This document shows positions 15,443 to 25,497 of a stretch of 32,000 nt of DNA, piece by piece (within the stretch, counting starts at the first letter, position 1; each line of letters begins with the position of its first letter). This stretch comes from Xanthomonas campestris pv. campestris str. ATCC 33913. Its GTDB lineage: Bacteria; Pseudomonadota; Gammaproteobacteria; Xanthomonadales; Xanthomonadaceae. The DNA lies in contig NC_003902.1 in assembly GCF_000007145.1 (NCBI RefSeq), positions 3,716,497-3,748,496 on the forward strand, read 5' to 3'. The notes under the pieces are model-generated. The model ran no database searches, was not told where the DNA came from, and worked only from the letters and a program-made list of their open reading frames with translations. The translations under genes were made by a program, and so were the position numbers.

Positions 15443-16228
15443 ATGACTGATCCTTTCACCAGCGACGGCGCCAAGATGCCGCCCAAGCCCTTCACCATCG
15501 AAGAAGGTCGCCGCCAGGTGCGCAGCTTCGTGTTGCGCCAGGGCCGCTTTACGCCGGCGCAGCAGCGCGCGTTCGACGAGCTGTGGCCGCGCTTCGGTCT
15601 GGACTACACCGGCGCCCCGCGTGACCTGGACGCCGTGTTCGGCCGCCCCGCACCCAAGGTGCTGGAGATCGGTTTCGGCAATGGTGCGGCCTTGCGCTTC
15701 GCAGCCCAGCACGACCCTGCGCGCGACTACATCGGCATCGAGGTGCATGCCCCCGGTGTCGGGCGGCTGCTCAATGCGCTGGACGATGACGGCGCCACGC
15801 ATGTGCGCCTGTATCACCACGATGCAGTGGAAGTGCTCGAGCGCGAGATCGCCGACGGCGCGCTGGATGAAGTGCGCATCTATTTCCCGGACCCGTGGCA
15901 CAAGAAGCGCCACAACAAGCGCCGCCTGGTGCAGCCGGCGTTCGCGCAGTTGCTGGTGCGCAAGCTGCGCGATGGCGGCCGCTTGCACGCGGCCACCGAC
16001 TGGGCCGACTACGCCGAACAGATGTGGGACGTGCTCGACGCCACAGAAGGCCTGGTGAATCGCGCCGGCCCACGCGGCCACGTCGCACGCCCCGCCTGGC
16101 GCCCACAAACCCATTTCGAGACCCGTGGCCAGAAGCTGGGCCATGGCGTGTGGGATTTGCTGTATGACCGGGAATCGGGAATGGAGAATCGGGAATCGCC
16201 AGGGCAGGCGCCAGCGGCGCCCGGATAA
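15443..16228 (+). CDS. trmB: tRNA (guanine-N7)-methyltransferase TrmB
   Basis: [29 protein letters not shown] and ATDW..Y are TrmB motifs. The start is taken at ATG 15443 (MTDPF...), and the upstream part of the track ORF is non-homologous. The 3' end runs into a repeat element. Confidence 0.9.
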   Translation: MTDPFTSDGAKMPPKPFTIEEGRRQVRSFVLRQGRFTPAQQRAFDELWPRFGLDYTGAPRDLDAVFGRPAPKVLEIGFGNGAALRFAAQHDPARDYIGIEVHAPGVGRLLNALDDDGATHVRLYHHDAVEVLEREIADGALDEVRIYFPDPWHKKRHNKRRLVQPAFAQLLVRKLRDGGRLHAATDWADYAEQMWDVLDATEGLVNRAGPRGHVARPAWRPQTHFETRGQKLGHGVWDLLYDRESGMENRESPGQAPAAPG

Positions 16229-16288
16229 CCTGCACGCGTCAGCGCCATCCGTTCTTGCCATTCCCCATTCCCGACTCCCCATTCCCGG
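16169..16288. repeat. Inverted arrays of GGGAAT(C/G) heptamers (Xanthomonas-type intergenic repeat)
   Basis: 16170-16197 is GGGAATC GGGAATG GAGAATC GGGAATC. 16259-16286 is the reverse-oriented CATTCCC CATTCCC GACTCCC CATTCCC. The two arrays are separated by a ~60-bp spacer. Confidence 0.8.
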
Positions 16289-16294
16289 CACCTC

Positions 16295-18157
16295 ATGGAC
16301 ACCGCGCTAACGCTGACCAACGACATGAAGCTCGTCCTCGGGCTGGTCGGCTTTACGATGGCGATGTTCCTGTTCGAGCGCATCCGCGCCGACGTGGTGG
16401 CGTTGATCGTGTTGGTGGTGTTGGGCGTCACCGGGCTGGTGGCGCCGGAGGAACTGTTTGGCGGCTTCTCCGGTAACGCGGTGATGAGCATCATCGCCAC
16501 CACCATCCTGGGTGCGGGGCTGGAGCGCACCGGCGCCTTGAACCGCCTGGCCACCTGGTTGCTGCGGCGTTCGCACGGCAGCGAGCAGAGGCTGATGATG
16601 ATGACGCTGGGGATCTCCGGCCTGAATTCGTCTTTCATGCAGAACCCCTCGGTGATGGCGCTCTACCTGCCGGTCGCCTCGCGGCTGGCCGCACGCACCG
16701 GGCTCACCTTGCAACGCATGCTGTTGCCGATCGCCGCGGCGATCGTGATGGGCGGTGCGCTCACCATGGTGGGCAATTCGCCGCTGATCCTGCTCAACGA
16801 TTTGTTGGTGTCGGCCAACAACAATCTGCCCTCGGGCATGGCCAGCATCGAGCCGTTGACCATGTTTGCGCCGCTGCCGATCGGCCTGGCGCTGCTGGTT
16901 GCCGCCTTGCTGTATTTCCGGTTTTACGGCGACCGCAAGTTGATCGAGGAAGAGCGCCTGATCAATGAGGGCGTCACGCCTTCGCGCACCGAGAGCTATT
17001 TCGCCAAGACCTACGGCATCGACGGCGATGTGTTCGAGCTCACCGTCACCGCCGAAAGCCCACTGGTGGGCATGACCCTGGGCGAGGCCGAAGCCATTCA
17101 CGATGCGCCGCTGCTGTTGGCGCTGAAGACCGGCAACGACACCCGCCTGGCCCCGCCGGCCGACATGCGCATCTGGGTCGGCAGCGTGCTGGGTGCGATG
17201 GGCAAGCGCCAGGACGTGACCGACTTTGCGCAGAACCATTTCCTGCGCATGTCCTCGCGCCTGCGCAACCTGGGCGATCTGTTCAACCCAAGCCTGGCCG
17301 GCATTTCCGAGGCGGTGATTCCGCCCAACTCGCGCCTGATCGGCAAGAACGCCGCCGAGCTGCGGCTGCGCAAGCAAAGCGGCATCAGCCTGCTGGCGAT
17401 CAACCGCGACAAGCAGGTGATTCGCGAGGACGTGCGCAACGTGGCACTGCGCGCCGGCGACATGCTGGTGTTTCACAGCATCTGGCAGGACCTGGCGCAG
17501 GCCGCGGAAAGCCGCGACTTCGTGCCGGTCACCGACTTCCCGAAGGGCGAACAGCGCCCGCACAAGTTCAAGATCGCGATGGCGATCTTCGCCTTCACCA
17601 TCCTGATTGCGCTGACCTCCAAGTTGCCGGTGGCACTGACCTTGATGACCGGCGTGGCCTGCATGCTGGTGACCGGCGTGCTGCGCATGGACGAGGCCTA
17701 CGCCTCGATCAACTGGAAGACCATCTTCATGATGGCCGGGCTGATTCCGCTCGGCTGGGCGATGGACAGCAGCGGCACCGCGGCGTGGGTGGCCGGCCAC
17801 ACCATCGACCGCCTGCCGGAAGGCATGCCGGTGTGGGCGCTGGAGATCAGCCTGGCCTTGTTGACGACCGCTTTTTCACTGGTGATCAGCCATGTCGGCG
17901 CGACCATCGTGATGGTGCCGATCGCGGTCAACCTGGCGCTCGCGGCCAACGGCAACCCCACGGCGTTCGCCTTGATCGTAGCGTTGTCGGCATCCAACAA
18001 CCTGATGACCGCCTCCAACCCGGTGATCTCGATGGTGACCGGCCCGGCCAACTACCAGCCGCGCGAGCTGTGGCGCGTGGGCGCACCGCTGTCACTGATC
18101 TACATCGTGGTGATGGTGACGATGATCAACCTGATGTTCTGGTGGGCGGCGCGCTGA
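16295..18157 (+). CDS. SLC13/DASS-type anion permease with two central TrkA-C (RCK_C) domains
   Basis: 620 aa. It has multi-pass hydrophobic N- and C-terminal halves. The soluble middle contains two repeats of the ...L.GKTL.E...R...G..LLAI.R... type (FELTVTAESPLVGMTLGEAE... and EAVIPPNSRLIGKNAAELRLR...). Confidence 0.8.
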   Translation: MDTALTLTNDMKLVLGLVGFTMAMFLFERIRADVVALIVLVVLGVTGLVAPEELFGGFSGNAVMSIIATTILGAGLERTGALNRLATWLLRRSHGSEQRLMMMTLGISGLNSSFMQNPSVMALYLPVASRLAARTGLTLQRMLLPIAAAIVMGGALTMVGNSPLILLNDLLVSANNNLPSGMASIEPLTMFAPLPIGLALLVAALLYFRFYGDRKLIEEERLINEGVTPSRTESYFAKTYGIDGDVFELTVTAESPLVGMTLGEAEAIHDAPLLLALKTGNDTRLAPPADMRIWVGSVLGAMGKRQDVTDFAQNHFLRMSSRLRNLGDLFNPSLAGISEAVIPPNSRLIGKNAAELRLRKQSGISLLAINRDKQVIREDVRNVALRAGDMLVFHSIWQDLAQAAESRDFVPVTDFPKGEQRPHKFKIAMAIFAFTILIALTSKLPVALTLMTGVACMLVTGVLRMDEAYASINWKTIFMMAGLIPLGWAMDSSGTAAWVAGHTIDRLPEGMPVWALEISLALLTTAFSLVISHVGATIVMVPIAVNLALAANGNPTAFALIVALSASNNLMTASNPVISMVTGPANYQPRELWRVGAPLSLIYIVVMVTMINLMFWWAAR

Positions 18158-18502
18158 GCGCGTTGTGGCGGTAGAGGGGGAGCGTCGCGCCTCTGCGCTG
18201 AGTGATGGCGCGCCGTCGTGCCGACTTTACGAATACGTGCGGTGCGCTGCGGTCGATGCATGCAATCCATTGCAGTGGCGCTGCGATCAATGGGCACTCT
18301 TTGCAGTGAGCATCTGACCGGCGGCGGCATCGCAACACGCGGATAGGCGTGACTGGCACTGGCAGTGCGTGGCGGATGCCGGTGCACTGCGCGCACTACC
18401 TCCAGCAGTCTTGCAGTCCAACAGTCTTGAAACGTGCGGTCTGCAGCATAGCGACGACTGCCCTCGCGATGCCGCATGAAGCCCATCTACGCCCACGCCA
18501 GC

Positions 18503-18844
18503 TCACCCCAGCAGCACCTGCTCGCCATCGATGCGCACCGGCACCGCCACCAGCGATTGACCGCGACACGGCCCGCTGACGCATTCGCCGGCATCCAGCT
18601 CGAACGCCGCGCCGTGCGCGGCGCACACCAGCTGGCCTTCCTTGGTCTTGAGAAACTGGCCGGGCGCCCAATCCAGCCGGCGGCCAGCGTGCGGGCACAC
18701 GTTCAACCAGGCGCGGACCTGTGCACCGTCGCGGTACAACACCACCGATTCCGGCCCGCCATCCCACAGTGCTTCGACTTCTAGAAATCCGGCATCGGGA
18801 ATCTGCGCCAACGGAATCGGCGCGGTGGGCGGTAGTGACGACAT
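18503..18844 (-). CDS. Rieske [2Fe-2S] domain protein
   Basis: CPHAGRRL...CAAHGAAF gives the CxH...CxxH cluster ligands. The start was chosen at ATG 18844. The ORF remains open up to 18919. Confidence 0.8.
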   Translation of the reverse strand: MSSLPPTAPIPLAQIPDAGFLEVEALWDGGPESVVLYRDGAQVRAWLNVCPHAGRRLDWAPGQFLKTKEGQLVCAAHGAAFELDAGECVSGPCRGQSLVAVPVRIDGEQVLLG

Positions 18845-19260
18845 GGGATCGATCGCTGCGAACAGACCTGATTGTGCCATGCCGCTCCCTGGGGACTGCG
18901 CCCAGGCGCATTGCGCCATTTCAAGGCGGCGGCGTCCGCGTCACTGCGGCTCCGCGCGGCTTCGGCCATCGCGCATTCCTAACAACCAACGCGCCTGGCT
19001 ATCAGACAGACCGCAAGGCAACTTCCCCACTACACGCTGCAACTTCCGCAACCAACTGCAACTAGCCGATCACAGCTAAGCCATCGCAGTTAGCAGACAC
19101 AACCGCGTGCAGGCCCAACAACAACACGCGAAGCGCGTGGTTCCCAACACAACCAATGTGATGGGCTTAACAGAACGGCACTCGATTTAACGAACTTTTC
19201 ACTCAATGACATGAAACCGCAACGATACTGCCCCCTCGTTTCCTCCGGCAGCCCACCGCC

Positions 19261-19536
19261 ATGCCCGCACGCATCTTCCAATTCGGCAACCTCCACCACC
19301 TGTTTGCGCCGCGCAAGCCGCGTCACCCGTTGGTGCGCGTTGCCGCTGGCCTCGCCGGCCTGGCTATCCTGGCCGTGCTGATCTTCTTCAGCGTGTTCGT
19401 GGGCGCTGCAATGATCCTTGGTGGCGTGGCCTGGAAATTGTTGAGCAAGTCCAACCGCCGCGCGCCGCAGCACGCCCGCGTGGTGGAGGCCGAGTACCAC
19501 GTAGTGCGCAAGCCGGCCCTTCCGCTCTCGCACTGA
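19261..19536 (+). CDS. Small hypothetical membrane protein (91 aa)
   Basis: One clear TM segment (VAAGLAGLAILAVLIFFSVFVGAAMILGGVAW) and high third-position GC consistent with host coding DNA. No recognisable family. Confidence 0.5.
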   Translation: MPARIFQFGNLHHLFAPRKPRHPLVRVAAGLAGLAILAVLIFFSVFVGAAMILGGVAWKLLSKSNRRAPQHARVVEAEYHVVRKPALPLSH

Positions 19537-19628
19537 GCCGCACGCTGCAGCGCGCCTGAGGCGAGCGTTGTTTTCGCCTGCACCGCCAAGCAGCTAGACT
19601 CACGCGTCCTGTCTTTGAGGATGCGTGC

Positions 19629-20342
19629 ATGACCCACGATGTGATTCCCGCTGCCGATGTCCCGCGCATTCCGGTGGTGGGTGGCGGCAGTTTTCCGGTG
19701 CACCGCATCTACTGCGTCGGCCGCAACTTTGCAGATCACGCCCGAGAAATGGGTGCCACCGCGCCGGCGTCCAAGGCCGAACGTGGCCAGCCCACGTTCT
19801 TCATGAAACCGGCCGACGCCATCGTGGTGGGTCATGGCGACCACATCCCCTACCCGCCCGGCACCAAGGAGCTGCACCACGAGGTGGAGCTGGTGGTGGC
19901 CTTGGGCAGCGATGCACCCGCCGGTGAACTGCCTGTGGACCAGGCCGAGGCCCTGATCTATGGCTACGGCGTGGGCCTGGACCTGACCCGTCGTGATCTG
20001 CAGGCCGCGGCCAAGGCCAAAGGCCTGCCCTGGGACATCGCCAAGGGCTTCGATCATTCCGCACCGATCAGCGAGCTGGTGCATGCCGGCGAAGTGGGTG
20101 CACTGGATGCATTGAACCTGTCGCTGGAAGTCAACGGCGAAGTGCGCCAGCAATCGTTGCTGGACCAGATGATCTGGAACGTGCCGGAGATCCTGCATGA
20201 GCTGTCCAAGCTCTATGCATTGCGCGCGGGCGATCTGATCTTCATGGGCACGCCGGCCGGCGTCGGCCCGTTGTTGCCGGGCGATCACTTCAGTGCGCGC
20301 CTGGAAAACGTGGCCGAACGCCACGGCATCATCGCGGACTGA
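19629..20342 (+). CDS. Fumarylacetoacetate hydrolase (FAH) family protein
   Basis: [41 protein letters not shown] and [13 protein letters not shown] are characteristic FAH/YcgM-type blocks. Confidence 0.9.
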   Translation: MTHDVIPAADVPRIPVVGGGSFPVHRIYCVGRNFADHAREMGATAPASKAERGQPTFFMKPADAIVVGHGDHIPYPPGTKELHHEVELVVALGSDAPAGELPVDQAEALIYGYGVGLDLTRRDLQAAAKAKGLPWDIAKGFDHSAPISELVHAGEVGALDALNLSLEVNGEVRQQSLLDQMIWNVPEILHELSKLYALRAGDLIFMGTPAGVGPLLPGDHFSARLENVAERHGIIAD

Positions 20343-20404
20343 CATCGGCCGGGCTACGATCGCTGCAGCGGCAGTGGGTCCGCGTCCCCCATCTGGAGTG
20401 CACT

Positions 20405-20836
20405 ATGGGAATGGTCAGCGAATTCAAGCAATTCGCGATGCGTGGCAATGTCATCGACCTGGCGGTCGGTGTGGTCATCGGCGCGGCGTTCGGCAAGATC
20501 GTCACCGCGCTGGTGGAAAAGATCATCATGCCGCCGATCGGCTGGGCCATCGGCAACGTGGATTTTTCGCGGCTGGCGTGGGTGCTCAAACCGGCGGGCG
20601 TGGATGCCACCGGCAAGGAAATTCCTGCCGTGGTGATCGGCTACGGTGACTTCATCAACACCGTCGTGCAGTTCGTGATCATTGCCTTTGCGATCTTCCT
20701 GGTGGTCAAACTGATCAACCGCCTCAGCCAGCGCAAGCCGGATGCTCCCAAGGGCCCGAGCGAAGAAGTGCTGCTGCTGCGCGAGATCCGCGACTCGCTC
20801 AAGAACGACACGCTCAAGAATCCGACCGTGCCGTAA
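20405..20836 (+). CDS. mscL: Large-conductance mechanosensitive channel MscL
   Basis: [41 protein letters not shown] is near-identical in pattern to E. coli MscL. Length 143 aa. Confidence 0.95.
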   Translation: MGMVSEFKQFAMRGNVIDLAVGVVIGAAFGKIVTALVEKIIMPPIGWAIGNVDFSRLAWVLKPAGVDATGKEIPAVVIGYGDFINTVVQFVIIAFAIFLVVKLINRLSQRKPDAPKGPSEEVLLLREIRDSLKNDTLKNPTVP

Positions 20837-20950
20837 ACAAGCGGCCACATCCTTGCGCGCACTTCGCACACGAGGATGACTTTTCGCACGCAGACGGGGG
20901 ACCTCGCGCTGATAAGCTCGGAGTCCCCCTTGTCGTTGGAGCCGTCCTGC

Positions 20951-22369
20951 ATGCGTCGCCTCGCTGTCGCCATCTCCGCCCTGCTTGCCACCTCCGCAGC
21001 GCTTGCCGCGCCCACCAGCATTCCCGATAGCGCGTTGCGCACCGCCGCGCAGTTGCGCGAGCAGGCGCTGGCCGACAGCACCGGCTTTGCAGTGGTGGAA
21101 TCGTTGACCACCGAAGTGGGCCCGCGCATTGCCGGCGGTGAAGCGGATCCACGCGCGGTGGCCTGGGCCAAGGCGAAGTTCAAGTCCTTGGGCTTTGACA
21201 AGGTCTGGACCGAGCCGGTCACTTTCCCCAAGTGGGAGCGCCGCAGCGAGCAGGCCGCCGTCATCGGCGCACATGCGCAGCCCTTGCATATCACTGCGCT
21301 GGGCGGCAGCCCGGGCGGCACCGTGGAAGGCGAGATCGTGCGCTTCGAGAATCTGGCTGCACTGCAGGCGGCGCCGGCGGGTTCCCTGGCCGGCAAGATT
21401 GCCTTTGTCGACTACCAGATGGTCAAGGCGCGCGACGGCAAGGACTACGGCAACGGCGGCGCAGTGCGCAGCAAGGGCCCTTCCGAAGCAATCCGCAAAG
21501 GCGCCATCGGCTTTGTGATGCGCTCGGCCGGCACCGACTCGCATCGCGTACCGCACACCGGCATCACCCGTTTCGATGAAGGCCTGACCCCGGTACCCGC
21601 AGCGGCATTGTCAGTGCCCGATGCCAACCAGTTGGCACGCCTGGCAGCCCTGGGTAGCACCCGCGTGCGGCTGGCGCTGGATTGCGGCTGGGATGGCACG
21701 GCCACTTCGTACAACGTGATCGGTGAGATCACCGGGCGTAGCAAGCCGAAGGAAGTGGTGGTGATCGGCGGGCATCTGGATTCGTGGGACCTGGGCACCG
21801 GCGCCATTGACGACGGCGCGGGCGTGGCGATCACCATGGCCGCCGGCCATCTGATCGGCCAGCTCAAGCAGGCGCCCAAGCGCACGATTCGCGTGGTGGC
21901 CTTCGCCAACGAAGAGCAGGGCCTGTACGGCGGCAAGGCGTATGCGGCTGCGCATGGCAAGGACGCCAAGGACATGGCGCTGCATCAGATTGGCGCTGAA
22001 AGCGACTTCGGTGCCGGGCGCATCTACGCCTTCAACACCGGTTCGGCGGCGCCGGAACAATCGCGCGCGGCCACCTAGCAGATTGCCGAAGTGCTGAAGC
22101 CGCTGGGCATCGCGTATGAGCCCAGCAAGGGCGGCCCTGGCCCGGATGTGGGGCCGATCTCTGCCAAGGGCGGTGCCTGGGCGTGGCTGGCGCAGGACGG
22201 CACCGACTACTTCGATCTGCACCACACCGCAGACGACACGCTGGACAAGATCGATCCGAAGGCGCTCGCGCAGAACGTGGCCGCCTACACCGTGTTCGCG
22301 TATCTGGCCGCCGAAGCCGATGGCGATTTCGGCAGCCGCGCAAAGTCTGTGCAGCCGCCGAACGAGTAA
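20951..22369 (+). pseudogene. M28-family (PA-domain) aminopeptidase interrupted by an in-frame TAG at 22076-22078
   Basis: Signal peptide MRRLAVAISALLATSAALA. M28 blocks GGHLDSWDLGTGAIDDGAGV and ANEEQGLYG lie before the stop. The final metal-ligand block DLHHTADDTLDKID lies after it in the same frame (track ORFs 20876..22078 and 22091..22369 are both frame 2). Confidence 0.8.
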
Positions 22370-22420
22370 GCTGAGGCGCACTGCCAGCGGTGCGCTTCAA
22401 CTCCAGGACGAGCACACACG

Positions 22421-23470
22421 ATGGCGGCCAAGCGGCAACGCACTGCGACCACGGCAGCAACCCTGCTGGATGTCGCCAAACACGCAGGCGTCTCGCCGAT
22501 GACGGCCTCGCGCGTCATCAACCGCCACCCGCATGTGGGCGAAGACATGCGGGTGCGGGTGGAGGCCTCCGTGCAGGCCTTGGGCTACCGGCCGAATCTG
22601 GCCGGCCGCTCGCTGCGCACCAGTGGATTGCTGCGCATCGGCGTGCTGTACAGCAACCCGAGTGCGGCGTACCTCAATCAATTCATGCTCGGCCTGCTCG
22701 AACAGAGCAGTCTCAATGGCAGCCAGGTGCTGGTGGAGAAATGCGGCGCCATCCGCAGCCAGCGCGCTGCCACCGAACGCCTGCTCGCCGCCGGCGTGGA
22801 TGGCGTGATCCTGCCGCCACCGTTGTGCGATTCACGCCAGACCATTGCCGAACTCGATGCACGCGGCATCCCGGTGGTGGCGGTGGCCAGTGGCGCACCG
22901 ATGGCGCAGATCAGCTCGGTGCGCATCGACGACTACCAGGCCGCGCGCGCGCTCGTCGATCATCTGATCGCGCTTGGCCATCGCCGCATCGCCTTGATCA
23001 AGGGCGACCCCAAACACACACCCAGCGCGCTGCGTGCCAGTGGCTACGCCGACAGCCTGCAAGCGGCGGGGCTGGAGATCGATGAGGCGCTGATCGCCGA
23101 GGGGTTGTTCACCTATCACTCGGGCCTGCTCGCCGCGCGCGTATTGCTCGCAGAACCCGCACCGCCCACGGCGATCTTCTGCAGCAACGACGACATGGCA
23201 GCAGCCACCGTAGCGGTGGCGCACGGGCTGGGCCTACGCGTGCCCGAGGATGTGTCGGTGGCGGGCTTCGACGACACGCCGGTGGCGACCACCATCTGGC
23301 CCGAACTCACCACCGTGCATCAGCCAGTCACCGCCATGGGCCGCGCAGCGGTCTCACTGCTGGCCGAAGCCATTCGCGAACGACGCAAGGGCGCACCAGT
23401 GCAAGGCGTGCATCAGGTGATGAAGTACACGCTGGTGAAACGCGGTTCGACGGCGGCGCCGGTGGTGTGA
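22421..23470 (+). CDS. LacI-family transcriptional regulator
   Basis: TLLDVAKHAGVSPMTASRVINRHPHVGEDMRVRVEASVQALGYRPNLAGRSLR is a LacI HTH, followed by a periplasmic-binding-protein-like sugar-binding domain. Confidence 0.9.
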   Translation: MAAKRQRTATTAATLLDVAKHAGVSPMTASRVINRHPHVGEDMRVRVEASVQALGYRPNLAGRSLRTSGLLRIGVLYSNPSAAYLNQFMLGLLEQSSLNGSQVLVEKCGAIRSQRAATERLLAAGVDGVILPPPLCDSRQTIAELDARGIPVVAVASGAPMAQISSVRIDDYQAARALVDHLIALGHRRIALIKGDPKHTPSALRASGYADSLQAAGLEIDEALIAEGLFTYHSGLLAARVLLAEPAPPTAIFCSNDDMAAATVAVAHGLGLRVPEDVSVAGFDDTPVATTIWPELTTVHQPVTAMGRAAVSLLAEAIRERRKGAPVQGVHQVMKYTLVKRGSTAAPVV

Positions 23471-23506
23471 TGTGGTGATGGTTGCAAACGTATGGCTGCA
23501 CGTGCA

Positions 23507-23624
23507 ACGCACAAAAAAAAACCGCATCGCTTCCCGCCGATGCGGCCAAATGGGAGGGTGCCCGGGCTTGCGACCGGGCGAACTGCAGCCACCGGCCTAT
23601 GCCAGTGATGGGAAGCACAGCAAT
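23507..23624 (-). ncRNA. Copy A of a paralogous ~118-nt terminator-containing RNA module (3'-UTR element or sRNA candidate)
   Basis: Aligns with 25997-26114. Both copies share the terminator hairpin, the CACCCUCCCA linker, a second hairpin, GCUGCAGU and CUUCCC blocks. Confidence 0.4.
23513..23547 (-). terminator. Rho-independent terminator (minus strand), ~270 nt downstream of the GH6 gene
   Basis: The minus-strand RNA reads CCGCAUCG-GCGGGAAG-CGAUGCGG followed by nine U. On the plus strand this is A9 at 23513-23521 and the stem at 23522-23545. Confidence 0.8.
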
Positions 23625-23818
23625 CCGGCTCAGACGATCAGAGCGAAGTTCGCAATTTCGTACTGACACACGACGCCCATGCAGGCAAAGCGCGAAAACA
23701 GCTGCATGACACGATGTGTAGGGCTGCGGGGCTCACTGATGGCGGCCGTCGTGTTCACGACCGCCATCACCGCAGACTGCGTTGCGATCAACTCATTGCA
23801 CTGAGAAGAGCAAGACGG

Positions 23819-25497
23819 CTACTTGTTCGGCCGGGCGATCACCAAAGCCGATGGCGCGCTCGCACCTGCCGCGTTGTTGGCCGTCACCACGTACACGGCA
23901 CCATTGACGACCGCGCGGTCTACATAGGCGGTTGAGATGACGTTGCTGCTCACCGTCGTCAATGCGCCCGTGGTGCCGGCGCGGCGCTGCACCGTGTAGC
24001 TAGCTGCGCCGCTCACGGCTGACCAGCTCAGCTTGACAGTGCTATCTCCCACCGTAGCGGTGAGCCCACGGGTTGCAGCCGGTACCTGGCGCGGTGGCAG
24101 TGCAACAGATGCGGCGCTGGCGGTCGCGATGTCCGGATAGGCGTTGTTGACCAGCGCAACGAACTGGTTGTGGAACCAGGCGCCGGAAATCGGCGCGCCC
24201 GGCATCGCACCACTGAGCACGCCGTCGGCCGTGGTGTAGGTGGGGTCGCACATCCGGTCGAAGCCCTTGCCTTCATTATTCGGAATCAGCGTGCTGGAAC
24301 CATCCGACTCACCCGGTGGCTTGACCCATGCGTAGGCATCCAGATGCGCACCGGGCGCTGCAGCGGGCGGCATACCGATCCCTGCGTTGCTCTGATTGCA
24401 CCAATTGCCACGATGGAGCCGGCGATCGATGCGCCCGGAATTCACATAGGTCGTGATGTCGCTGCCGACTGCCGCAGTCGGACGATTCGGCCCGCCCCAG
24501 CCATTGCGCCCGGTATCGATGATGAAGCCGATCGTGCCCGGCCAGCCCGCACCGACGAATCCGCTATACAGCGCCTGGGTGAAATCGGTCTCGTCGAAAT
24601 ACGGATTCCATTCGTAGTACTTGGCCGATTTAATCGGCTGGCCATTCACGCTCAACTCGGGGTTGGGCAAATTGGGCTCGTTCAACGGCGTGGTATTGGC
24701 GGTGTTGGTCACAAAGCCATCGACGCTGGACAGGCCCGCGGCAGTGCCCTGCACCACGCGCGTGTACAGCGCAATGGTCGGGCCGCGATTGCTATCCCAA
24801 CCCAGCCAGCCGGAATGGCCGATATCCAGATAATTGTAGGTATTGGGAATTGCGTGCAGCTTGTCGATCGCATACTTGATGCCGGCCTCGTAGATGCCGG
24901 TGGAATTGGCCAACGCGCAGCGCATGTCGTTCAAGTTGGTGACAAGGTTGGGCAGGCTATCCGGCTCGATGACATTGACGATGCGGATGTCCTTGTACTT
25001 CGGATCGGCAAAGATGCCGGCAATCACGTCGATGTAGTCTTTCTTGTAGCGCTCCAGCGCTGCGGGAGTGAGCGGCAGTTCACCATTGGATGCCAATGCA
25101 TGGCAGTCGCGCCCGGGCAGATCGTAAATGACGAAGCTGGCGGTGATGGGTGTGTTGGCTTTCTTTTGCGCCAGCGCCGCGTCCAGATGCGCGCGCAAAC
25201 CGAGGCGCCCGGCGTTCTTTGAGCCGCCGGCAATCGCATCGATGCGATCGAGCCAGACCGCCGTGGGAGTATTTTTGACCACACCCATTTTCGCCTTGAG
25301 CGGCACACTTTCACTTTCGCAATCGATGCATCCACCTTCTTTGCGTAATCCGGATTCACATAGCCGGTTGCGCCTACGAAGGGATTATCGACATGCGATT
25401 GCGCGGACACCGCCGCGATCAGCAAAGGGTTTGCAACCAGCAATGACAACGCCAGTGTGCGCTTGATGTTGCGACGGATGCCTTGATTGGAACGCAT
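23819..25497 (-). pseudogene. cbhA: GH6 cellobiohydrolase (CbhA/CbsA-like) with C-terminal FN3-like domain; frameshifted near 25304-25325
   Basis: The signal peptide and first GH6 block (MRSNQGIRRNIKRTLALSLLVANPLLIAAVSAQSHVDNPFVGATGYVNPDY...) are in one frame (track ORF 25024..25599). The rest (TPTAVWLDRI..., VIYDLPGRDCHALASNGE, DIGHSGWLGW) is in another frame (23819..25306). Confidence 0.8.

Noticed and set aside
16307-17800. 497-aa minus-strand ORF opposite the DASS transporter
   Set aside because: R/H/Q/G-rich low-complexity translation, antisense to a well-supported membrane transporter. Shadow ORF.
18158-18502. Intergenic regions 18158-18502 and 18920-19260 with small overlapping ORFs
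   Set aside because: The ORFs overlap in several frames and have no motifs or start signals. I could not identify RNA structure or repeats, so the regions are left unannotated.
19323-22381. Long minus-strand ORFs (19323..20345, 20354..21556, 21611..22381)
   Set aside because: They are antisense to the FAH hydrolase, mscL and the M28 peptidase, all of which have diagnostic motifs. The antisense translations have none.
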